Below, piece by piece: positions 56,892-64,000 of a stretch of DNA of 64,000 bases. The DNA comes from Candidatus Hydrogenedentota bacterium (GTDB lineage: Bacteria; Hydrogenedentota; Hydrogenedentia; Hydrogenedentales; JAEUWI01), in assembly GCA_046047315.1 (NCBI GenBank), contig JBJOID010000062.1, positions 5,896 through 69,895 on the forward strand, in the 5' to 3' direction. The notes beneath the pieces are model-generated. The model worked only from the letters and a program-made list of their open reading frames with translations. It did not search any database and was not told the origin of the DNA. Positions within the stretch are counted from its first letter, which is position 1. Every line of letters begins with the position of its first letter. Made by a program: the position numbers and the translations under genes.

Positions 56892-57517
56892 GATGGGGAA
56901 ACCTCTCCTTCGGTCGGGACGGCGGTCTCGACAGTCTCGGCGGGCGGCGTGAAGGCCACCTCGCCCTGCACGTCATAGAGCGTGAAGCTGCCGTCGTCGG
57001 GGTACATTTTGAATTGCTGCGCGAACAGGTGCATGGCGGGATCGGTGACGGTGACGGGCGTGTCGCTCGCGGCGAGCCCGCCCGAGCCGGGTTCCCCCTG
57101 CAACCACTCCACGCGCTCCATGGCCACGGTCATCGGGCCGATCTGCGTTGTGACGCCGCCCTCCAACAGGGCGCTCTCCTCCTCGCGCAGGCGTCCGGTG
57201 GCCGCCACGAAGACCACGGGCGCGTCGCCCTGCTGGCGGGGATGCACGGTGGCCCGCGCCCCGGTGAATCGCCAGGTTCGGGTTTCATCCTGTGAGAAGC
57301 CCTCCGCCTCCACGCTGAAGGCCGGGCTGCGTTCCTGCCCCGGCACGGCGGCATCGGCATAGAGGTGCAGCTGGATGCCTTTCATTTCCAGGGCGTCGGC
57401 TGCCGCTTCGGGCTTGGGCGCCTCCTGCGCGGGTTCGGGCGGCGCGGCGGGTGGCGTGGCCGGCGTGCAGGCCGCCAACAGCATCGCGGCGCCCATTGGG
57501 AGTAGGCCTCGCTTCAC
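56888..57517 (-). CDS. periplasmic lipoprotein, LptC-like (putative)
   Basis: Lipobox LLAAC; about 200 aa; immediately upstream of, and overlapping, the LptA-like gene. Confidence 0.3.
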   Translation of the reverse strand: MKRGLLPMGAAMLLAACTPATPPAAPPEPAQEAPKPEAAADALEMKGIQLHLYADAAVPGQERSPAFSVEAEGFSQDETRTWRFTGARATVHPRQQGDAPVVFVAATGRLREEESALLEGGVTTQIGPMTVAMERVEWLQGEPGSGGLAASDTPVTVTDPAMHLFAQQFKMYPDDGSFTLYDVQGEVAFTPPAETVETAVPTEGEVSPS

Positions 57518-58281
57518 TCGGCGTTCTTCCGGTAGACGAGACGCAGGCCCTTGAGCGTGAGCCAGTCGTCCACGATGTCGATGCTCTTGCCCACGCCGGC
57601 GATGACGCCCGCGAGGCCGCCCGTGGCGATGACCTTGGGCTCGCCTTCCATCTCCGCCTTGATGCGGGCCACCAGCCCGTCCACCATGTCGGCATAGCCA
57701 AAGATGATCCCCGAGCGGATGTTGGCCACCGTGTTCTTGCCGATGGCCGTCTCAGGGGCGATCAGTTCCACGCGCGGCAGCTTGGCGCAATTCTCGAAGA
57801 GCGCGTTTGCCGAAAGGTTGATGCCGGGGCAGATGATGCCGCCGCGCCACTCGCCCTTCGCCGTGACCACGTCGAAGTTGGTGGCGGTGCCGAAGTCCAC
57901 AATGATGAGCGGGCCTCCGTACTCCTCGATGGCCGCAACGCTGTTCACGATGCGGTCCGCGCCGACTTCCTTGGGGTTGTCGCACTGGAGCACCAGCCCG
58001 GTCTTGATGCCGGGGCCGACCATCAACGGTTCGAGGTGGAAAAAGCTGCGGCAGACCTGCTGCAGGTTGAGGTTCAACTGGGGCACCACGCTCGATATGC
58101 ACGCGCCCGTGATGCTGCGGGGATCCACGTGGATGGTGGTCATGAGCATGTTGAACAGGATGCCCAGCTCGTCCGCGGTGCGATACGTCGTCGTCACGAT
58201 GCGCCAGTGCCCGGCGAGCTTATCGCCGTCGTACAGGCCCAGCACCGTGTTGGTATTTCCTACGTCCATCACCAGCAGCAT
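57514..58281 (-). CDS. coaX: type III pantothenate kinase
   Basis: MLLVMDVGNTNTVLGLY...DRIVNSVAA...GTATNFD...GGLAGVI. Confidence 0.9.
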   Translation of the reverse strand: MLLVMDVGNTNTVLGLYDGDKLAGHWRIVTTTYRTADELGILFNMLMTTIHVDPRSITGACISSVVPQLNLNLQQVCRSFFHLEPLMVGPGIKTGLVLQCDNPKEVGADRIVNSVAAIEEYGGPLIIVDFGTATNFDVVTAKGEWRGGIICPGINLSANALFENCAKLPRVELIAPETAIGKNTVANIRSGIIFGYADMVDGLVARIKAEMEGEPKVIATGGLAGVIAGVGKSIDIVDDWLTLKGLRLVYRKNAE

Positions 58282-58285
58282 GCGG

Positions 58286-58960
58286 TCAACTCCCTTGCTC
58301 CCAGCCTTCCCATCCCGTCACGGCCACCTGCCCGGCCCCGGTGCGTACCAGCAGGGCGCCGTCTTCCCGGATGCCCTCGGCCACGCCCTCGATGCCGTCG
58401 CGCCGGATAGGCTGCCCTATGATACCGCAGGCTTCCGACCATGCGCGATAGATTGCGTCGATCCGCCCCGAGCGCCAGTGCTCGAGGTGTGGAGCGAGCG
58501 CGGCGAGGATCGCATCCAGCAGCGCCCGGCGGTCCTGCTCTTTCCCGGTGACCATGCGCAGCGAGGTGGCGATGGCGCGCAATTCCTCCGGGAAGTCCCC
58601 GGGGGCATGGTTCACGTTGAGGCCAATTCCGAGTGCGTTCCATCCGGCACGGTGCTCGACAAGGATGCCGCATAGCTTGCGGCCATCCACCAGCAAATCA
58701 TTGGGCCACTTGATGCGCACGGGCACCAGAGGGGCGAGCGCTTCGCGCAGGGCCAGCGGCGCGGCGAAGTTAAGCCCCTGCGGCGTGCCCCGCAGCGCAA
58801 TGCTGAACCACAAGCCCAGCCCCGGCGCGCTTTCCCAGCGGCGCCCGTGTTGTCCCCGCCCCGCCGTCTGTCGGTCCGCCACCACCACCAGCCCCTCCTC
58901 CTGCGATTCCAGCGCGACCGTATTGGTGGAGCTGGTCTCTTCCAGCCATTCAATGCGCAA
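58286..58960 (-). CDS. birA: biotin--[acetyl-CoA-carboxylase] ligase (group I, no HTH)
   Basis: ADRQTAGRGQHGRRWESAPGLGLWFSIAL (GRGRxGRxW motif). Confidence 0.85.
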   Translation of the reverse strand: MRIEWLEETSSTNTVALESQEEGLVVVADRQTAGRGQHGRRWESAPGLGLWFSIALRGTPQGLNFAAPLALREALAPLVPVRIKWPNDLLVDGRKLCGILVEHRAGWNALGIGLNVNHAPGDFPEELRAIATSLRMVTGKEQDRRALLDAILAALAPHLEHWRSGRIDAIYRAWSEACGIIGQPIRRDGIEGVAEGIREDGALLVRTGAGQVAVTGWEGWEQGS

Positions 58961-58963
58961 GGT

Positions 58964-59806
58964 TCAGGCCTCGATCAGCAGCGACACATCGGCGGCGGGC
59001 GCGGAGTGGGTGAGGGCACCGACGGAAATGAGGTCAACGCCGGTCTCGGCGACGGCGCGCACGCGGTCCAGGCTCATGTTGCCGCTGGCTTCCAGCAGCA
59101 CGCCGTCGCGACTGGCGCGCGTGATGCGCACAGCCTCGGCCATCACGTCCAGCGGCATGTTGTCCAGCAGCACCGCGCCGGCTCCCGCGTCGAGCGCCTC
59201 GCGCAGTTCTTCAAGGGTCGTCACCTCAATCTCGACGCGCACGAGATGCGGGGCTGCCTCGCGCGCCGCCCGGAGTGCGGCGCCCACGCCGCCCGCCGCC
59301 CGGATGTGGTTCTCCTTGATGAGCACGCCGGAGGCCAGGTTGTAGCGGTGGTTATGCCCGCCGCCATGGCGCACGGCCTCGCGCTCCATCGGGCGCAGCA
59401 AGGGGGTCGTCTTGCGCGTGTCGGTAATCTTGACCGGCAGTGGCGCCACCGCCTCGGCATAACGCGCCGTGAGCGTGGCGATGCCGCTGAGACGCTGAAG
59501 GAAATTCAGCGCCACGCGCTCGCCCGCCAGCACGCCGCGCGTCTCTCCCTCAAAGGTGGCCAGCGCGTCGCCCGGGGCGAAGCGGCTTCCGTCGGCCATG
59601 GCCTCCCATCCGGTTGCCCGGGCACGGGCCAGCTCCAGCGCCCGCCGGAATACCCGCATCCCGCTCAACACCCCCGCCTGTTTCGCCACCAGCCGTACGC
59701 GGCAGCGCGCCCCCTCGGGGACCGTGGCGTTCCCGGTCAGGTCGCCGGGGCCAATATCTTCTTCCAGCGCCTCGCGCAGGCGCCGGTCCAGCCAGTCTTC
59801 CGTCAT
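58964..59806 (-). CDS. nadC: nicotinate-nucleotide pyrophosphorylase [carboxylating] (quinolinate phosphoribosyltransferase)
   Basis: DIGPGDLTG...VLAGERVALNFLQRLSGIAT...IKENHI...VEIEVTTLEELREALDAGA...LDNM. Start ATG (MTEDW) verified at 59806..59804. The upstream part of the 521-aa ORF-track frame is antisense shadow of surE. Confidence 0.85.
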   Translation of the reverse strand: MTEDWLDRRLREALEEDIGPGDLTGNATVPEGARCRVRLVAKQAGVLSGMRVFRRALELARARATGWEAMADGSRFAPGDALATFEGETRGVLAGERVALNFLQRLSGIATLTARYAEAVAPLPVKITDTRKTTPLLRPMEREAVRHGGGHNHRYNLASGVLIKENHIRAAGGVGAALRAAREAAPHLVRVEIEVTTLEELREALDAGAGAVLLDNMPLDVMAEAVRITRASRDGVLLEASGNMSLDRVRAVAETGVDLISVGALTHSAPAADVSLLIEA

Positions 59807-59896
59807 GTCATGTCTCCGGGAACAGGGCCGCATGATAGCAAAGCGCGCACCTCCGCCGTTCTTTCGTCGCGCCGACAGGCCCGCAAATGCTAGGCT

Positions 59897-60607
59897 ATGC
59901 GCCTTATGAAACTTCCCGAACACATCCTGATTACCAACGACGACGGCATCGACGCGCCGGGCATCCGCCTGCTGCAGCGGGTGGTCGAAGCGGCCGGGGC
60001 GAAGCCCGTGCTGGTGGCGCCCGTCGACGCCCAGAGCGGTTGCAGCCACCACATCAACCTGTACACCCCCTTTCCCGTCGAACAGCGGGGCGAGCGCGAA
60101 TTCGCCGTGCACGGTTCCCCGGCCGATTGCGTGCGCGTGGCCCTGCACACCTTCGCGCCAAGGACGCAGCTGGTGTTGTCCGGCATCAACGCCGGCGGAA
60201 ACATGGGCCACGACGTGTATCTTTCCGGCACGGTGGCGGCGGCGCGCGAGGCGGCCTTCAATGGCCTTGCCTCCATCGCGCTTTCGCAATACATCAGCCC
60301 GGCGCAACACCTCGATTGCGAAGGACTGGCCCGGCGCGCCCATGCGGTGCTGGCCCGGCTGCTGGAAGAACCCCTGCCGCCGCGCGCCTTCTGGAATGTG
60401 AACTTTCCCGACACCGCGCCCGCGGCTCCCGAGCCCCGCCTCACGCGCTGCGACCGCTGCCGCAGCCCACTGCCCAACCGCTACACGGTGACCGACGCCG
60501 GCCACAAGTATGAGCGCGGCCACTACCACGCGCGCGTTTACGACGAAGGTTCCGACGTGGCCACCTGCCTCGGTGGCGACATCGCCATCACCCTCATCGA
60601 ACTGTAG
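59897..60607 (+). CDS. surE: 5'/3'-nucleotidase SurE
   Basis: HILITNDDGIDAPGIRLL...SGINAGGNMGHDVYLSGTVAAAREAA. The true start may be Met4 at 59906. Confidence 0.85.
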   Translation: MRLMKLPEHILITNDDGIDAPGIRLLQRVVEAAGAKPVLVAPVDAQSGCSHHINLYTPFPVEQRGEREFAVHGSPADCVRVALHTFAPRTQLVLSGINAGGNMGHDVYLSGTVAAAREAAFNGLASIALSQYISPAQHLDCEGLARRAHAVLARLLEEPLPPRAFWNVNFPDTAPAAPEPRLTRCDRCRSPLPNRYTVTDAGHKYERGHYHARVYDEGSDVATCLGGDIAITLIEL

Positions 60608-60636
60608 CGGCCAAAGTAGCCCTCGCGCGTCGTTCC

Positions 60637-61833
60637 TTACCGGCTCAGGTAGATCCGGATGTTGTGCGTGCTGCGGCCGGAGGCGAGGATATCGGGTTTG
60701 CCGTCGCCGTTGAGATCGCCCACGGCCACGTCCTCAGTGGCGATGCCGCCGTCGTCCACGGCATGGCGCTCGAAGCGCAGTTCCCCGCCCGGGGCGAAGG
60801 CTTCGAAGGTGTAGCAATAGAGCCCAACCCGGTCGTTGCGGGGGCTGGGTTCGCGATAGCCCGCCACGAGTTCATCGCGCCCGTCGCCGTCGAAGTCCGC
60901 CCACGCGATGGCGTGTCCCTGATTGTAGGACTCGTCGAGCACATGTCGCCGCCACGACCCGGCCTCCTCGATGGGGCCGGGCTTGTTGGGCGTGTAGACC
61001 GCCACGATGTTGCCGTGCCACGGCTCGATGGTGGCGAGGGCCGGCACGCCCTCGGCCAGGGCGCCCGTCTTGATCTCACTGGCCCCGCTGCGCGGCCAGG
61101 GCAGCGGACTGCCCGGCGATATGACGCGCGAATCCCAGTCCGAATCGGTTTGCCGCACCAGCGCGATCCCTTCGAAGGAAACCGTCAGCAGCGCGTCGCG
61201 CCCATTAGACGCGCGAAAGGGGATCAGGTTGTGCATCACGTGGAAGTCCTGCGTGATCACCTCGACCGGCCAGGGCTCCGTGAGGGGACTGGACGGCGGC
61301 GCCAGGCGCAGCAACCGCACGCCCGCCTCGCGGAAATCTGGGTCGCTGCTGCCGCGCCCCTTCAGGGGCGCCACGTAGAGCTCGGGCTTGCTGTCGCCGT
61401 TGCTGTCCGCCCAGCGGATGCGGTGCAGCGAAGGCTCCTCAAGCAGGTCCACCCGTTGCCACGGCGCACGTGGGTCGCCGTTTCGCGCGAGCAGGTGGAG
61501 CGAGCCGCCGGACAGGGTGTTCTCGAATTGCCAGTCCGCCCCGGCGGCCACCTCGGGAAGCCCGTCGCCATCGATGTCGGCCAGCGCCATGCAGACGTTG
61601 AGATTCTTCAGGCGCGGCGTAATCACGTGGCGCTGCCAGCCGGGGTTCTCATGCCAGGCTATGTCGTCGTTGCTCATGGCCACCACGTCGAGGTCGCCGT
61701 CGCCGTCGATGTCGGCCAGGGCCACGGCCGGCACCACGCCCGCATTGGCGTTCAGCTCGACCATCTCGAAGGATGGCGGGGCCGCCTGCGCGGCGAGGGA
61801 CAGGGCCAGCAGGGCCGGGCATAGCAGGTTCAT
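60637..61833 (-). CDS. secreted FG-GAP/VCBS-repeat (integrin-alpha-like beta-propeller) protein
   Basis: Signal peptide; repeated DIDGDGDLD / DIDGDGLPE / DFDGDGRDE / DLNGDGKPD calcium-binding loops. Confidence 0.6.
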   Translation of the reverse strand: MNLLCPALLALSLAAQAAPPSFEMVELNANAGVVPAVALADIDGDGDLDVVAMSNDDIAWHENPGWQRHVITPRLKNLNVCMALADIDGDGLPEVAAGADWQFENTLSGGSLHLLARNGDPRAPWQRVDLLEEPSLHRIRWADSNGDSKPELYVAPLKGRGSSDPDFREAGVRLLRLAPPSSPLTEPWPVEVITQDFHVMHNLIPFRASNGRDALLTVSFEGIALVRQTDSDWDSRVISPGSPLPWPRSGASEIKTGALAEGVPALATIEPWHGNIVAVYTPNKPGPIEEAGSWRRHVLDESYNQGHAIAWADFDGDGRDELVAGYREPSPRNDRVGLYCYTFEAFAPGGELRFERHAVDDGGIATEDVAVGDLNGDGKPDILASGRSTHNIRIYLSR

Positions 61834-61853
61834 GGCGATACTCCCGTCGAAGG

Positions 61854-63353
61854 TTAGCGGCGCGCGGGCAGGTGCGGCAGATGCAGCCGCCGTTCCAGCC
61901 AGCGGGAAAGCCGCACAAAGGGCAGGCCCAGCAGCAGATAGATGATGGCGACCACGATCCCGGCGCCCAGGTAGTCGTAGTAGGTGGTCGATATTTGGCC
62001 ATAGGCCTTGGTCAGTTCAACCAGGGTGATGACCGACACCAGCGAGGAGTCCTTGAGCAGCGAGATGAAATCATTCGTCACCGGCGGCAGCACAAGGCGC
62101 AATGCCTGTGGAGCGACCACATGCCGGATGGTTTGCCAGCGCGTCATGCCCAGGGCGAGCGCCGCCTCGGTTTGCGCGTGCGGCACGCTCAGGAAACCCG
62201 CGCGGTAGTTCTCGGCCTCGTAGGCCGCGTAGTTCAAGGCCAGCGCGGCCACCCCCGCCGCAAAGGGCGACAGGCTGATGCCAAGGCTGGGCAGGCCATA
62301 GAAGACCAGCAGCAATTGAATGAGCAGCGGCGTGCCGCGAACCACCTCGATGTAGGCGACCGCCAGCAGCGAAAGGGGGCGTGCCCCGTAGAGGCGCGCC
62401 AGCGCAATCGCGAAACCCAGCAACATCGCCAGCGCCATCGAGAGCACCGATATCTGGATGGTGACCAGCGCTGCCCGCCCGAACACGGGCAGATAGCCGA
62501 GGTAGCGGTCTACCCGGTCGCGCCAGGTGACTGGCTGTTCATGCCGCGCCACCCAGGCCTCGTAGGCCGAGGGCGCGACGGTGGCTGTGGCGAAGTCGCC
62601 GAACTCATTTGCCGTGAGGTCGTTCCAGAGATTCCACCGCTGGAGTATTTCCCGCAGCTCGCCGCTTTCCCGCATCGCCGTCAGCGCCTCGTTGAACTCC
62701 CGGCGCAGGACCTCGTTCTCCGGCGCAAAGGCAAAGCCATACACGATGCGGCCAATGGGCTCTCCCGCCAGCTTCACGTCGCGCCGGGGGCCCGCGTAAT
62801 ACAGCGCCACGGGGGCGTCGAAAAGCGCCGCATCCACCCGGCCGCGCGCCAGATCGTCCAGGCCGTTCACCTCGGTGGGATAGGCGCGGATGTCCACCCC
62901 ACCCAGTGATTCAAGCACGTAGTACGCGCCGGATTCCTTGAGCGTCGCCACCACCCGCCCCTGGCAGTCCTCGATGCCATCCAGCAAAAACTCGCCCCGG
63001 CGCACGCAGAGCTGAAGGCTGGTCACGTAATACGGGATGGAGAAGGCTACCGATTCCTCGTGCTCGGGCGTGATCTCCTGCCCCTGGATGGCCACGTCGT
63101 AGAGGTCCCGCCGCAGCCCCGGGATGAGCTTGTCCCACTCGTTCTGCACCAGCACAGGTTCGCGTCCGAGGCGGGCGGCAATCGCCTCGATGATCTCGAT
63201 CTCGAATCCCGCCAGGCGATCGCCGTCCTCGCTGTCCTGGAACACATAGGGCACGCCGCCCTCGAGGTCCGCGCCGTAGCGCAGCGCCGGCAGCGGATTC
63301 GCCTGCGCCGTGAGGCAAAGTAACAGCCCTGCCAGGGCCATCGCGCATCTCAT
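61854..63353 (-). CDS. polar amino-acid ABC transporter, fused substrate-binding and permease protein
   Basis: N-terminal SBP type 3 domain (signal peptide + GFEIEIIEAIAARLG), C-terminal His/Glu/Gln/Arg/opine permease domain (LALNYAAYEAENYRAG, EAA-like). Confidence 0.75.
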   Translation of the reverse strand: MRCAMALAGLLLCLTAQANPLPALRYGADLEGGVPYVFQDSEDGDRLAGFEIEIIEAIAARLGREPVLVQNEWDKLIPGLRRDLYDVAIQGQEITPEHEESVAFSIPYYVTSLQLCVRRGEFLLDGIEDCQGRVVATLKESGAYYVLESLGGVDIRAYPTEVNGLDDLARGRVDAALFDAPVALYYAGPRRDVKLAGEPIGRIVYGFAFAPENEVLRREFNEALTAMRESGELREILQRWNLWNDLTANEFGDFATATVAPSAYEAWVARHEQPVTWRDRVDRYLGYLPVFGRAALVTIQISVLSMALAMLLGFAIALARLYGARPLSLLAVAYIEVVRGTPLLIQLLLVFYGLPSLGISLSPFAAGVAALALNYAAYEAENYRAGFLSVPHAQTEAALALGMTRWQTIRHVVAPQALRLVLPPVTNDFISLLKDSSLVSVITLVELTKAYGQISTTYYDYLGAGIVVAIIYLLLGLPFVRLSRWLERRLHLPHLPARR

Positions 63354-64000
63354 GGCTGTCCGCTCCAGAACCGGCGAAGATAGCGGCGGGTGCGCTCATC
63401 CCTCGGCGAGACGAACAACCCGTCGCCCGGGGCCTCCTCGATGAAGTGGCCCCCTTCCATGTAGATGATGCGGTCGGAAGCCTCGCGCGCGAAGCGCATC
63501 TCGTGGGTCACCACCACCTGGGTCATCCCTTCGGCATGGAGCGCGCGCATCACTTCAAGCACCTCGTCCACCAATTCGGGATCCAGCGCCGAGGTCGGCT
63601 CGTCATACAGCATCACCTCGGGATCCATCGCCAGCGCCCGGGCAATCGCGGCGCGCTGCTGCTGTCCCCCCGAAAGCTGGTGCGGATATTTGTCCCGATG
63701 CGCCGCGAGGCCCACCTTTTCCAAAAGCGCCGCCGCATGCCGGCGCGCTTCCCCGCGTGGCCGACCCCGCACCACCGTGGGCGCAAGCGCCACGTTGTCC
63801 AAGGCGCTCAGGTGGGGGAAGAGATTCAGCGACTGGAACAGCAGCCCCACCCGCTCCCGCAGCCGGTGGGCCGCCTGGTGGAAGGCGCCGCGTCCCGGTT
63901 CCGCGTGCAGCGTGGCGTCGTCCACCCGCACCGTTCCCGCATCCGCGGCCTCAAGCCCGTTGATGCAGCGCAACAGGGTGCTCTTGCCGCAGCCCGAGGG
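63350..64000 (-). CDS. amino-acid ABC transporter ATP-binding protein, partial (5' end beyond window)
   Basis: LSGGQQQRAAIARALAMDPEVMLYDEPTSALDPE (signature + Walker B) and H-loop VVVTHEM. Walker A begins at the window end (GPSGCGKSTLLRCINGLE). Confidence 0.85.
   Translation of the reverse strand, partial: PSGCGKSTLLRCINGLEAADAGTVRVDDATLHAEPGRGAFHQAAHRLRERVGLLFQSLNLFPHLSALDNVALAPTVVRGRPRGEARRHAAALLEKVGLAAHRDKYPHQLSGGQQQRAAIARALAMDPEVMLYDEPTSALDPELVDEVLEVMRALHAEGMTQVVVTHEMRFAREASDRIIYMEGGHFIEEAPGDGLFVSPRDERTRRYLRRFWSGQP

Noticed and set aside
59807-60529. N-terminal extension of the 521-aa ORF 58964..60529
   Set aside because: nadC starts at the ATG at 59806 (MTEDW...). The upstream part is antisense to surE and looks like low-complexity shadow sequence.

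Overview
GC-rich bacterial chromosomal segment (third codon positions are overwhelmingly G/C, and long RS/AG-rich shadow ORFs run antisense to the real genes). I call about 55 protein-coding genes, most of them housekeeping, and find no rRNA, tRNA or CRISPR. The gene content suggests the PVC superphylum: a DUF1559 prepilin-like protein, a DUF1080 protein, a planctomycete-type cytochrome domain fused to LRRs, and several sulfatases. That placement is an inference, not a measurement. Housekeeping calls include cimA, rsmG, flgK, purA, dnaN, moaE, uvrC, ppk1, asnB, coaX, birA, nadC and surE.

The main finding is an unusual type IV pilus ATPase and regulation cluster on the minus strand (44882..~53060). 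The order is pilB, pilT (GTGA-coupled to the next gene), a PilS-like sensor kinase and a PilR-like sigma54 activator. The first gene of the cluster encodes a protein I cannot place in any architecture known to me. It has an N-terminal GspE-N/MshEN domain with an intact 24-residue MshEN-type motif, then a roughly 300-aa Ala/Pro/Gln-rich linker carrying internal tandem repeats of about 78 aa, then a complete DnaA-type AAA+ domain (DnaA domain III). The DNA-binding domain IV is absent.

Other observations:
- A candidate oriC lies immediately upstream of dnaN (15924..16608) with no adjacent dnaA. It is the lowest-GC stretch seen, with one perfect and two one-mismatch DnaA boxes plus an AT-rich tract.
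- A MITE-like hairpin element of about 125-145 bp occurs twice in intergenic DNA (40808..40935 and 43477..43624).
- Two 16-20 bp perfect palindromes around a CACGTG core lie 147 bp apart at the rsmG 3' end.
- One sulfatase homolog carries CRCSL in place of the CxPxR motif.
- A NagZ-like + 3xLysM membrane protein has a degenerate KHFPGHG motif.
- A deoxyhypusine-synthase-like protein lacks the catalytic lysine.
- A strong sigma54 promoter sits upstream of flgK.
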